Shown here piece by piece: positions 28,708 to 38,452 of a stretch of DNA of 64,000 nt (its first letter is position 1; every line of letters starts with the position of its first letter). The position numbers and the translations under genes were made by a program. The DNA comes from an uncultured Thermoplasmata archaeon (GTDB lineage: Archaea; Thermoplasmatota; Thermoplasmata; Lutacidiplasmatales; UBA184): positions 117,470-181,469 of the forward strand of contig CAVSTD010000011.1 of assembly GCA_963730815.1 (NCBI GenBank). The letters are read 5' to 3'. Below the pieces are notes generated by a model that saw only the letters and a list, made by a program, of their open reading frames with translations, searched no databases and had not been told where the DNA came from.

Positions 28708-29167
28708 GGCGTTCCGAATCCGCCTCCGCGGCGTCGAGCAGCGCCGCGAGCGAACGGTGGGCCTTCTCTCCCGTTCGTCGCGCCCACCCGTAGAGACCCT
28801 CGACGTGCACGAGCTCGCCGCGAAGTATCCTCGCCAGTCGCCGCCGGTACTCGAGGTCCGGGCCGGTCCGTCCGGCCCCGAGGAACTCCTTGAGCCGCTG
28901 AGCCAAATGGCCGCCCTCCGTGTCCCAGTCGGTGAGAACGATCACCCTCCGAGCCGAGCCTTCCAGAAACTGCGCGGTCTCGGAGATGGTCCGACCGCGG
29001 TGCACGAGGACGATCGTCCCTTGGAGACCGAGCCGGCGGAGAGAACGCCGGTCGCGTCCTCCCTCGACGACCGCCACCGTTCCGGGGGTCCGACTGTCGC
29101 TCTGAAGGTGGCTCCACAGCTCCCAGAACTCGTCAAAGACCGCGGCCGGATCTCGAGCGGCGGTCAC
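28697..29167 (-). CDS. small Toprim-domain (primase-like, COG1658-type) protein
   Basis: TVAVVEGGRDRRSLRRLG...RVIVLTDWDTEGGHLAQRLKEFL. I favour GTG 29167. The ORF-track start 29308 would overlap the divergent GINS gene. Confidence 0.7.
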   Translation of the reverse strand: MTAARDPAAVFDEFWELWSHLQSDSRTPGTVAVVEGGRDRRSLRRLGLQGTIVLVHRGRTISETAQFLEGSARRVIVLTDWDTEGGHLAQRLKEFLGAGRTGPDLEYRRRLARILRGELVHVEGLYGWARRTGEKAHRSLAALLDAAEADSERPTE

Positions 29168-29267
29168 CGGACGGATTCCCCACCCCGACCGAATCGGTCG
29201 GAGGGGCTTAGCAGACCGCACATATCGTATAGTCCTTGGGTTCTCGGACCCTTCCCACGAGAACCCG

Positions 29268-29936
29268 ATGCCCGACCACTTCACCCAGTTGCTCGAATGG
29301 AGACGCAACGAGCTCGCCGTGCGAGGGCTCGCGAAGATCCCGCCGGAGTTTTACACGTTGACCACGGCCTACCTCGCCGACCTGAAGCGGTCCTACGAGA
29401 CCGAGCTCCGGGAGAACCCTTCCGGTCGGAAGGGCGACATCTCTCGACAGACCTACCAACGCGCAATCCAGGTCGCTCGGGACGTGGTGGAGGGCCGCGC
29501 CCAGAAGGTCCTGAACGCTGCGTTCCAGGCGAGCATCGGCGGGACCCGCGACCTTCCGAACGCCCTTCCCGAGGAGCGGGCGACATTCGACCAGGTGCTC
29601 GCCGTCCTGGTGGAACACCGACGTTCGGCGGCCGCGTACATCGAGCCGACACCGACCTCGAACCTTCCCACCGGGGCGCGGCCGCCGGAAACCCCGCCCG
29701 CTTCCCCAGCGAGTTCCAGTGTACGAGCAAGCGCGTCGACCTCCTCGCTCCGCGGTCGTCCTCCGCTCGTCTACGTCCGGGTGATCAAGGATTCTCGACC
29801 CATCGAGGTGGGCTCTGAGACGATCGACCTGAAGGCCGACGACGTCCTATCTCTGCCGCCCGAGACGGCCCGCCTGCTCGTCGAGGCGAAGGTGGCGGAG
29901 CCTCTCGACTCGTCCGCGACGCGGCCCGTCACGTGA
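29268..29936 (+). CDS. GINS51-like DNA replication complex subunit
   Basis: The A-domain (LLEWRRNELAVRGLAKIPPEFYTLTTAYLADLK...) and C-terminal B-domain (VYVRVIKDSRPIEVGSETIDLKADDVLSLPPETARLLVEAKVAEPL) resemble archaeal Gins51. Confidence 0.6.
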   Translation: MPDHFTQLLEWRRNELAVRGLAKIPPEFYTLTTAYLADLKRSYETELRENPSGRKGDISRQTYQRAIQVARDVVEGRAQKVLNAAFQASIGGTRDLPNALPEERATFDQVLAVLVEHRRSAAAYIEPTPTSNLPTGARPPETPPASPASSSVRASASTSSLRGRPPLVYVRVIKDSRPIEVGSETIDLKADDVLSLPPETARLLVEAKVAEPLDSSATRPVT

Positions 29937-31074
29937 CCTTGCGCGCGTCGGGCTCCCGATTCGGCGGTGTCAGCTCGAGCGCGTAGAAGCGGTCGAAGCC
30001 GAACAGTAGGTTCTTCGCCGCGAGTCGAACCCGGACTTCCGCTTCCGATGAAGCCGCAGAGCGGACCGCTGCTTCGAGGAGACCCGGAAAACCCCATGCC
30101 CCGAGCGCTTCCGCCTGTCGGCGGAATGCGGTCTCCACGAGCCCGGCCGCCCTCGCGGCCGCGCGCACCCGAGTGAAGTTCACGAAGACCGAGAGGTCGG
30201 ACTCCCCCGGCTCCGCCAGCGGATCCAGCGAGGAACGGTGCCGTCGTATCGCGGCCAGCGTCCCCGAAGGATGCGCGGCGAGGAGCTCGGTCTCCTCCAT
30301 GCCGTAGTCGATCACGAGGAAGAGACCGGAGACGAGATGGTCGGCGGTTTCGCGGACAAGTCCCTCCGCCATAGGGGAAACCTCGAGAATCGCACCGGTC
30401 TGTCGGGGCCGGGGAAGGGCCGGCGCCGGTACCGGGCGAAGAAGCGGTCCACGGGCCGGGACGATCCCGCTGTCGGTGAGACGGACCCCGAGCTCCTGCC
30501 ATTCGTCCCCGCTCCAGAATAGGCGACGTGCGGGCTGCGCGTCCAGCACTTCGTTCGCGAGGACCACACCTTGAAAGGGGCCGTCCGCCCCGATCCCTTC
30601 CGAGGCCGAGACGGGAATCCCCGCGGAGCGGCTGGCCGCCGAGATTGTCTCGAGTGCTCGAGCGGCGAGTTTCGGGGAACGTTCCACGAGAACATACTCC
30701 ATGGGGCCCCGTCGGCCCGGGTCGCGCCCGAGGGCGGTGAGGATACTCTCGCCGAGGCTCCCATCTCCGGGCCCCACCTCGAGGACTCGGCAGGGGGTCC
30801 CGGGAGGCAGGGTGCTCGCGACCGAACGGATCCGCTGCGCGATGCTCGCGCCGAAGAGGGGGCTGGCGTGCGCCGCTGTGTAATAATCCCCCGCGCGCCC
30901 GAACGGCGAGTCGTCGCGCGTGTAGAATCCGCACCCATCGCCGTAGAGGGCGATGTCCATGAACCGGTCGAACGGGACGAAGCCGCGGTCGTCCGCGGAC
31001 CGCCGCAGGAGGTTTCGGACCCGTTCGCGCCGGCCGGAGTCGGCCGACGCCGCGCCACGGGCCGGCTCGGTCAT
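29929..31074 (-). CDS. SAM-dependent methyltransferase, MidA/NDUFAF7 (DUF185) family
   Basis: From ATG 31074: ...FVPFDRFMDIALYGDGCGFY...RVLEVGPGDGSL...ANEVLDAQP...DYG. The longer ORF-track N-terminus overlaps the upstream gene. Confidence 0.75.
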   Translation of the reverse strand: MTEPARGAASADSGRRERVRNLLRRSADDRGFVPFDRFMDIALYGDGCGFYTRDDSPFGRAGDYYTAAHASPLFGASIAQRIRSVASTLPPGTPCRVLEVGPGDGSLGESILTALGRDPGRRGPMEYVLVERSPKLAARALETISAASRSAGIPVSASEGIGADGPFQGVVLANEVLDAQPARRLFWSGDEWQELGVRLTDSGIVPARGPLLRPVPAPALPRPRQTGAILEVSPMAEGLVRETADHLVSGLFLVIDYGMEETELLAAHPSGTLAAIRRHRSSLDPLAEPGESDLSVFVNFTRVRAAARAAGLVETAFRRQAEALGAWGFPGLLEAAVRSAASSEAEVRVRLAAKNLLFGFDRFYALELTPPNREPDARKVT

Positions 31075-31085
31075 CGGGCGGTCGT

Positions 31086-31871
31086 TCAGCCGATGTATCC
31101 GAGGTCGTCGCGGGGAACCGGACCGGAGGCCGGCGTTCCCTCGGTCGACCGGGACTCCGCCTCGTGGATCTTCTGGGCGATCCGGTCGACCTCGTGCGCC
31201 TTCGTCTCGAGCGCGGTGAAGTCGATCTCGATATGGAGGACCTTGGCGAGGACCTTGAGGACCGATTCCGCGCTGCGGGGGTCGACGAAGTATCCGCTCG
31301 TCTCGCCCATGAGACAGACACCTTCCATTCCGAAGAGACGACCGAGCCCGAGGAAGAGGCCGCTCGCGCCGATGAGCCCACCCCCCGGGTCGTTGCGGGA
31401 GAAGACGACACCGAATTTCTTCATCGCCTCGACCTGCTGGGCATTGGTCGCGGCCCCGAGCACCCGGGGTTCGTCCACGACCCTTCCCTGGGCGAATCCC
31501 GCGAGGGTGAACACTTCGCGAACGCCGAGGCCGTGACAGTAGTCGAGGACGCGTTGGGTGATCTCGTACTGGCCCTCGGGGCTGATCCCCTGATAATCGC
31601 CGCCGAGCACGAGGATGTCTCGGGTGGCGTCCCCCGTCCCCTTCCAATAGTGGAGGTCGTTCGAAACGAGTCGAATGATCCCCTCTTCGCTGACGTAGAC
31701 CTGCGGGGGGAAGAATTTCGAGTAGATCGTGGCGAGCGGCTTGGCCTTCAACTGGTCCCGCAGGTAGTCGGCCGCCAGCTTTCCGACGTTCCCGACTCCC
31801 GGAAGTCCTTCGATGAGGATCGGGTCCCGGAGCTCCACCTTTTCGAGCGTGCGAATGACGACGTCTTCCAC
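31086..31871 (-). CDS. PAC2-family proteasome assembly chaperone-like protein
   Basis: 261 aa: DPILIEGLPGVGNVGKLAADYL...ILVLGGDYQ...GASGLFLGLG. GTG start. Confidence 0.7.
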   Translation of the reverse strand: MEDVVIRTLEKVELRDPILIEGLPGVGNVGKLAADYLRDQLKAKPLATIYSKFFPPQVYVSEEGIIRLVSNDLHYWKGTGDATRDILVLGGDYQGISPEGQYEITQRVLDYCHGLGVREVFTLAGFAQGRVVDEPRVLGAATNAQQVEAMKKFGVVFSRNDPGGGLIGASGLFLGLGRLFGMEGVCLMGETSGYFVDPRSAESVLKVLAKVLHIEIDFTALETKAHEVDRIAQKIHEAESRSTEGTPASGPVPRDDLGYIG

Positions 31872-31939
31872 GGGAAACCTACCTCGGGCGAAGCAGCCGG
31901 GGTTGGCCGATAAAGGTTAGCTAACGGGCGGGTAGGCCG

Positions 31940-32704
31940 CTATCCCGGCGGAGCCGCGCGTTCCGAGACGTGCCAGCCGCTCTCGCCGAGTTCCGCGTTC
32001 CAGATGTGGGTGAGGTCGGGTCGGTTGCCCACTTTCTCGAGGAGGAGAGTGTGCTCGAAGTGGTCGAGTTTCGGTTCGGCCTTCAACTCGACCACCAGGT
32101 CCGCGAGGTCCTGCAGGAGCGAGAACACGGAGCGCTCGTGCGTGATCGAGTGAGCAGCGAGGAGCGCGTGTCCTCCGATGGTTTGGCACCGGTGTCGGAT
32201 CTGCCGCGCGACGGTCGTCAGCTCGTGCGGCTCCATGACCTCGAGGAAGAAATCCACCGAGTCGACGACCAGCCGGAACGGGGAATCGATCTTGGCAAGG
32301 TCGGAGAGCATCCGGTTCGAGAGGCTGAACGGGGCCAGGGTCCGGTCCCCCGGCAGGTCAGCGGTAAGGTCGGTGAGGGAGATCCCTCCTTCCCGCGCCG
32401 TCGCAACCTCGAGACCTCGGACCAGGACTCGCTCGAAGTACTCGTCGGCGAGGTTGACGATCTTGATCTCGCCGGGGTCCCAGCCGAAATCATCGAACGC
32501 CTTGCGGACGTCCTCCGTTCGTTCGTAGGTGGTGTAGAACAACACCGGAACGTCCCCGACGCCGGCGTGGGCGAACTGCTTCGCGAGGGTGGGCGCCCCC
32601 GAACCGGAGGTACCGGAAAGAACGGAAAGCCAACCCGGCGGTAAAGCGGTCCAGATCGGCTGGTCGATCTCGGGGATCCCGAAGACGCGTTGGGTGTCCG
32701 CCAC
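31940..32704 (-). CDS. KaiC/RecA-like single-domain protein with degenerate Walker A
   Basis: 254 aa. The P-loop position reads LSGTSGSGAPTLA (Lys replaced by Ala-Pro). Walker-B-like FRLVVDSVDFF is present. Starts 2 nt after the upstream stop. Confidence 0.7.
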   Translation of the reverse strand: MADTQRVFGIPEIDQPIWTALPPGWLSVLSGTSGSGAPTLAKQFAHAGVGDVPVLFYTTYERTEDVRKAFDDFGWDPGEIKIVNLADEYFERVLVRGLEVATAREGGISLTDLTADLPGDRTLAPFSLSNRMLSDLAKIDSPFRLVVDSVDFFLEVMEPHELTTVARQIRHRCQTIGGHALLAAHSITHERSVFSLLQDLADLVVELKAEPKLDHFEHTLLLEKVGNRPDLTHIWNAELGESGWHVSERAAPPG

Positions 32705-32706
32705 GG

Positions 32707-34098
32707 TTAGTGCCCCACCCGCGCCACATCGATCGTCTCGTCGACCACCAGGTTGAGCATCTGCTCAATACCGGTGGTCTCCTCCTCGGACGTCTCGAGC
32801 ACGATCGTGAGCACCCCCCGACTTTTGAGGTTGTTCAAGAGGATGTGGAAGAACTCGGAAAGCAGTTCCGGCTTATTGTGGATCGCGAGCGAGTTCACGC
32901 TGTCGATGACGACGATCGAGCGCGGATGCGGGAACTTCCGAAGCAGGTACTCGATTCGGAGCATGATCTCCTCCAGGGCCCGCGGGCTCTCCACGTACGT
33001 CGCGTTCGGCAGCGGGTTGGCGTAGTTCATCATGATGTGACTGATCGCATCGACGAACGAGATCCGGTCCTGAGGAACGTCGAGCGCCTGGGCCAAGGTC
33101 CATACGAACGCGGCTGGATTTGTGACCGTCAGATAGATCGTGTGGGCGTCCGTCTCGCTACCCACGTCGCGGAGTGTGGCGTTGAGTACCGCGAAGTAGT
33201 GGTCCGCGTACTCTCGGGGGTCCAGCTTCACGGCGACGGCGCTCCCGCTCGGAAGGGCGCGCAGCCGCTCGCCGATGTCGACGTTGGGCACGGCCCAGGT
33301 ACCTCCCTCTCGGCCCCCCTTGAGGTGCGGGGCCATGAGGAGGCCGATCGGGGTGAGCTCGATAACGAATTGGGCGTGGGAGTGCGAGGTCCCTCGCATT
33401 TTCACGATTTGGAGGACCCGAAGGATGTCGCCCATGCGACGGGCGTTCGAGAGCAGGATGACTCCGTCCACGATCGCTTCCTCTACGCCGTGCAGCGAGT
33501 ACCGACCCGGAACCGGCCCGATTTCCGAGACGAGCAGTGAGGTGCATCCGGCTTCGTTGAGCTCCTGTCCCAGCCGCAACATGAAATCGCGGATCTGTTC
33601 GTCCCGTCGGATCCGGTAGCAGACCGACGTCAGACTGTCCAAGACGAGTCGGCGGGCGCCCACGGAACGTACGATGTCCCGGATCGCGCGGAGCAAGATC
33701 CCGATCTCCTCGCTCGTGAGCTCCTCCCGACCGAACCCGAGCCGGTCGTAGATCTGCGGCAGGTCCACAAAGGTCAGGGATCCGTTCTCCACGAGGTCGG
33801 TGTGGAAGAACTCGAAGGTCGAGAGGTTCTGGATCAGCTTTCGGGACGCCTCGGTGACCGAGAGGAAGAGCGACCGTTCGCCCCGCTCCGCGCCCCGCAC
33901 CAGGAACTCGAGGCAGAGCGTCGTCTTTCCCGTCCCGACGCTCCCGGCGACGAGGACCATGTTGCCCCGCGGGATTCCTCCTTCCAGGATGCTGTCGAGA
34001 CCCTCGACGCCGGTGGCGCACCGTTCAAGGACCGTGGCCGGGGCGAGCAACCCGTCGGCCGCCGGGGTGGACCCCGGCGATGCGGGTGGAACTTCCAT
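32707..34098 (-). CDS. KaiC-like ATPase: intact N-terminal RecA-like domain plus P-loop-less second domain
   Basis: From ATG 34098: GVEGLDSILEGGIPRGNMVLVAGSVGTGKTTL (Walker A), RRLVLDSLTS (Walker B). The second domain has IYLTVTNPAAF at the P-loop position and IVVIDSVNSL. Confidence 0.8.
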   Translation of the reverse strand: MEVPPASPGSTPAADGLLAPATVLERCATGVEGLDSILEGGIPRGNMVLVAGSVGTGKTTLCLEFLVRGAERGERSLFLSVTEASRKLIQNLSTFEFFHTDLVENGSLTFVDLPQIYDRLGFGREELTSEEIGILLRAIRDIVRSVGARRLVLDSLTSVCYRIRRDEQIRDFMLRLGQELNEAGCTSLLVSEIGPVPGRYSLHGVEEAIVDGVILLSNARRMGDILRVLQIVKMRGTSHSHAQFVIELTPIGLLMAPHLKGGREGGTWAVPNVDIGERLRALPSGSAVAVKLDPREYADHYFAVLNATLRDVGSETDAHTIYLTVTNPAAFVWTLAQALDVPQDRISFVDAISHIMMNYANPLPNATYVESPRALEEIMLRIEYLLRKFPHPRSIVVIDSVNSLAIHNKPELLSEFFHILLNNLKSRGVLTIVLETSEEETTGIEQMLNLVVDETIDVARVGH

Positions 34099-34121
34099 CG
34101 GTGCAACGAGCCGCTCCGTCC

Positions 34122-36378
34122 CTAAGAGGGTTGTGGGGCTTCGGAAGCTCCGCGCGGGGCGAGCGAAGCCGCCGCCGCGGGTGCGGGTGGAATCCGTTGA
34201 GGGTCGATCACCCAGACCGGCCCTTCGGCCGACCGCTCGGACGAGAGCAAGGCACCGGCCCGGCCGAGGGCTGCCCCCGCCGCTCGGACCGCCTGACCGC
34301 CCGGGTCGAGCGAGCTTCTCAGTTCGGTTAACGGTACCCGGACAGATTCCCCGACCCGGAGGGAGCGGGTTCGCTCGACGATCCACTCAAGAACGCTCTG
34401 GACCGTCGCGACGGAGCTCACGGTATCGTCTGCGCTCTTCCCGGATTCGCCGGCAACGTCGGCAATTTCGGCCGCGGGTCCATCCCGATCAAGGCCGGGC
34501 GCGGGCGGTCGGCCCGCGGTGCGAACCCAGTCCACCCTGCTCCCTTTTCCGAGCAGCACGGCGGCGTGTCCCCGCGGAAGAGAGAGGATCTCCTCGACCG
34601 ACACGGCGTGGGTCGTTCTCGAGAGCTCCCGCGCCTCCTCCGGAGATCCCCGGAAGGCCACAAAGTCCGAGACGTTCGTCCACACGGCATCCGCCACCGT
34701 CTCAGGAAGCGAACCGACGGTCTGGGTCGCGAGCACCACGTGGACGTTCCGCCGTCGAGCGAGTCGCAGCATCTCGGCGAGGCTCTCGTGCGAGAACCAT
34801 TGGGACTCATCGAGCACGACGAAAGTCTTCGACTGGGAGGGGCGGGCCAGCAGCTCCGACCAAACGAGGGCAAGGTACACTGCCAACAGGTATCGAGCAA
34901 CGCTCTCGCCGACTCTTGATGCGTCGCCCGAGATCACCGCGATCCGCCGGGGCGACGAGGTCGTTCGTGTGCAGGGGCGGGGCACGTTCGCAAAGCATCC
35001 GCTGGAGCACCGAGTTCCGTACAACGTCGTAGAGAAGGCGGCGAGCACCCTCGGCATCGTCCGGACGTTCCCGGACCCGCTCGGCGAGCTCGCGGACGGC
35101 GTCTTGCGCGTCGGCGGGAACTACCTGGCGTGTCCTCCCTCCCGTCGCCAGCAGCGTGTGGGCGTCGGAAAGAGTGCCACCCGGAAACGCCGCCGCGGCG
35201 CTCAGGGCTCGGGTCAACATCTCCTCGAGCCGGGGGCCCCAATAACTCGAATCGGCGTATCGACCCGAACGCACTCGGCGCAGGGCGTGAACAAGATCGT
35301 TCAGGCGACGATCACCGAGCACGGGGTCCGTCGAGCTACCGGCGACTCCCTCCAGGGCGTTGATTCCGCACGAAGTTTCCCGCGGGGAGATGTAAACGGT
35401 CCGAGTGTGGTCGGCGGGCGAGAGGCCCGAGCGGAACGATCGAGCCGTTTCCCCCAGAGGGTCGAAGAGGACCACCCCGCCGAGGGCCGAAGCTCTGCGA
35501 GCGATGGCGACGAGAACGGAACTCTTGCCCATGCCCGTCTCGCCGAGGATGGTCAAGTGCCGGCCCTGATTGTCTTCCACCGGGGGCCCGACCAGCCGAC
35601 CGCTGGCCGACCTTCCGAGCGGTAAGATCGGGAGACCCGCGACGCCCGGAGGGTCGGTCGCCGCGCCTTGAGCGTCCAAACCCGGCAGGAGGCAAGCCAG
35701 CTCGTCCTCGGAGACGGCGAGCCACGGTGGCTTCCGCGAAAAAGGTCGGCGGTTCCGACCGAAGCGGATTCCATTGCCCCGACCAGAATGAAGCGCCACT
35801 TCCACCGACGACAGCAGGCGATTCTCCGAGGAGCCATTCCGGGGCCGAGACTCCGCGGTCAGAGACACGCTGGCCTTCCAGAAGAGAGGTATCTTCCCGG
35901 AGTTCGCCGTCGGTTCAGATTTCGGAAACGTCGGCGGTTGCGCTCGGGACCGTGATCCGGGGGGAACCGAGCGTTGGATCAGTCCCGGTCCGTCGTGAAT
36001 CGAGCCACGGTTCCAAGATGCGGGGAACGGCGAGAACTCGCAACGAACACGGAATCCAGGCTCTGCGCTTTCCAACACCAGCGCGAGGCTCTCAGCGGCA
36101 GGGGGCCCATCAAACGGTTCCCTCAACGACTCCGGCCACTCTCTTACTCGTCGGCCCCACACCACGGGGACCTCCGAGCGCGTCGGTGGAGTGGCACGCC
36201 GGACCCAGGTCCCTCGCCCGTATGAGGCCGAGAGAACCCGCGCGATCCAGCGTGCGCTAGCCGGCTCGATACTTTCCAGGGTCGTCGTGCAACCGGGGCC
36301 GGACGAGATCTCGAGGCCAAAGGCACACCCCAGGGCGTGCCCGGTGCGGAGAGCGGCGACCAGCCGATCTCGGAACAT
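34122..36378 (-). CDS. HerA/FtsK/VirD4-like P-loop ATPase, interrupted by an apparent frameshift near 34947-34953
   Basis: ORF 34807..36522 carries Walker A (ILGETGMGKSSV). ORF 34122..35057 carries Walker B (TFVVLDESQWF) and HVVLATQT. The frames join as ...PPLHTNDLV | PRRIAVISGDASRVGESVARYLL across GCCCCGGCGG. I favour ATG 36378, which has GAGGA 7 nt upstream. 36522 is the alternative. Confidence 0.75.
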
Positions 36379-36600
36379 CGCGAGTTCCTCGACCCGGTGG
36401 CCCCGAACGGGGCGGGTCGTTAACTGCCATCTGGCGACGGATTCTTCCACCCGGGACTCGGGCCGAGACGGGGCCACTTTCCGGGAGAACTGACCCGGGG
36501 GGTTGGACACGTCGCCGCCCACGAAACGTGAACGATGGAGCTTCGCGTCACTCTCAAGTAGCCGGAACGCCCCCGAGGTGTGGAGACCGCCCCGATTCGC

Positions 36601-37722
36601 ATGTCGTCACTCGAAGAACAGATCACCGCGGTCGAGGACGAGATTCGCAACACCTCCTACAATAAAGCGACGCAGCTCCACATCGGACGTCTCAAGGCAA
36701 AACTGGCCGTCCTCCGCCTCGAACGCGAAACCCGAGCGAAGGGGAAGGGCGGGGGCGTCGGGTATTCGGTACGCAAGAGCGGGAACGCCACGGTGGGACT
36801 GGTGGGATATCCGTCGGTGGGCAAGTCGACGTTGCTGAACCGGCTCACCGCCGCCGAAAGCGAGACCGCGGCCTACGACTTCACGACCGTCTCGATCATC
36901 CCCGGGATGCTGCGTTGGGGGGGAGCGTCGATCCAGATCCTCGACATGCCCGGTCTCATTCCGGGCGCTTCGAAAGGGAAAGGGAGGGGGCGCGAGGTCA
37001 TTTCGGTCGTTCGATCCACCGACCTCGTCCTTTTTCTCATTGACCCGGAACACCCGAACCTTCGAGCGCTCACGACCGAGCTCGAGGGAGCCGGGGTCCG
37101 GATCAATCAGAAACCGCCGCGAATCGTCGTGCAGCGGTCGGACCGAGGGGGCCTCACCGTGTCGAGCACGGTGCGTCTCACGCACCTTGCGGGGGGCGGG
37201 GCCGCCCAGATCGCCCGGGAATTCGGTCTGCACAACGGGTCGATCGTCTTTCGGCAGGACGCCACCGCGGACGAGCTCATCGATGTCCTCGCCGGCAACC
37301 GAGTGTACATCCTCGCGCTCTTCGCGGTGAACAAGTCCGAGCTGATGGATGCGAAGCAACGGAGCCAGCTCGCCAACGCGCTCCTCCCGGCGGAACCGAT
37401 CTTCATCTCCGCCCGGACGGGGGCCGGTCTCGACACGCTCGTGGACCGGATCGGAACGAGTCTGAAGTTCATCCGGATCTATGTGAAGCCCCCGGGGCGC
37501 CCGGCGGACCGGGAGGAGCCGGTGATCTTGCGCACGGGAGATTCCGTGGCGGGTCTTCTCCGGAGACTTCCCGGAGAGCTCGGTCAAGCGTTCAAGGCGG
37601 CCCAGATATGGGGAAAGAGCGCGCGCTTCCCGGGCCAGACCGTGGGGCGCGACCATGTCCTCGCGGACGAGGACATCGTTACCGTGCTCGTCGCCCGGGG
37701 CGGCGCCCGAGCGGCAGCGTAG
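36601..37722 (+). CDS. developmentally regulated GTP-binding protein (DRG/Rbg1-type Obg family, TGS domain)
   Basis: MSSLEEQITAVEDEIRNTSYNKATQLHIGRLKAKLA..., G1 GYPSVGKSTLLN, G3 DMPGL, C-terminal TGS. The ORF-track GTG 36580 is an alternative start. Confidence 0.9.
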   Translation: MSSLEEQITAVEDEIRNTSYNKATQLHIGRLKAKLAVLRLERETRAKGKGGGVGYSVRKSGNATVGLVGYPSVGKSTLLNRLTAAESETAAYDFTTVSIIPGMLRWGGASIQILDMPGLIPGASKGKGRGREVISVVRSTDLVLFLIDPEHPNLRALTTELEGAGVRINQKPPRIVVQRSDRGGLTVSSTVRLTHLAGGGAAQIAREFGLHNGSIVFRQDATADELIDVLAGNRVYILALFAVNKSELMDAKQRSQLANALLPAEPIFISARTGAGLDTLVDRIGTSLKFIRIYVKPPGRPADREEPVILRTGDSVAGLLRRLPGELGQAFKAAQIWGKSARFPGQTVGRDHVLADEDIVTVLVARGGARAAA

Positions 37723-38452
37723 GTCGGGAAGGGTCCCGCGCCGGCATCTTGGACGCGCGGCCCCAGCGTCCTCCGACCAGGAAGTGCCCCCGATGGAACG
37801 GCTCGAGACTCACCGAGGCATACAGGGCTACCTCGTGGGCGAGCGCCCCCTCCGCCGAATCCCGATGGCCCGTGGCCGTCCGATGGCGGCCCATGCTGGC
37901 GGTCTTGAGGGCGACCAGAACGCGGGCTCCGTCCCCTCGAAGCAGCATCTCCGCGTTGCGGAGGACGATCTCGAGCTGGTCGGCTTGGGCAATATCCGCG
38001 TACAGACCCGCCGCCGGCGGAACGATGGCCGAATACGCCAGCGGGTCGCGCGCATCCCCGAGGATCGGTCGGAGGTTCGGCCAGCGTTCCGCGAGCGCGA
38101 GGAGACGAGCGAACGGTCGAACGCTCCGCTCGACCGCGTACACCCGACCCTCCGGTCCAACCAGGTCCGCAAGGTGCGAAGCGGTCGTGCCGCTCGCCGC
38201 TCCGAGGTACAACCATCGCTCGCCGGGGGCGGGCAGGTCGCCGGCCCAGCCACGCACTACCGCCGCCGCGAGCTTGGAGCGACCCGGCTCGAAGATTCGG
38301 TACCGCCGGTCCTGCACTTCGGTCCACCGTTCTCCGTACACCGGCGGCAATTCCCCGACGGCTTCGGTCCAGAGCTCCCTTCGCTCGGCCCGCGCCACTT
38401 CGAGCATGCGGGGGGAACCCTTCACGGGACGGAAGTCCCGACCCAATCTCAT
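37679..38452 (-). CDS. flpA: fibrillarin-like rRNA/tRNA 2'-O-methyltransferase
   Basis: RIFEPGRSKLAAAV...LYLGAASGTTASHLADLVGPEGRVYAVE...ILGDARDP...YADIAQ. ATGA overlap with the nop5 stop. The C-terminal ~25 aa extension overlaps the DRG 3' end. Confidence 0.9.
   Translation of the reverse strand: MRLGRDFRPVKGSPRMLEVARAERRELWTEAVGELPPVYGERWTEVQDRRYRIFEPGRSKLAAAVVRGWAGDLPAPGERWLYLGAASGTTASHLADLVGPEGRVYAVERSVRPFARLLALAERWPNLRPILGDARDPLAYSAIVPPAAGLYADIAQADQLEIVLRNAEMLLRGDGARVLVALKTASMGRHRTATGHRDSAEGALAHEVALYASVSLEPFHRGHFLVGGRWGRASKMPARDPSRPTLPLGRRPGRRAR

Noticed and set aside
31086-31100. C-terminal HbYX proteasome-activation motif on the PAC2-like protein (...DDLGYIG).
   Set aside because: The Tyr is at position -3, not the penultimate position that HbYX requires. 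The motif is not supported.
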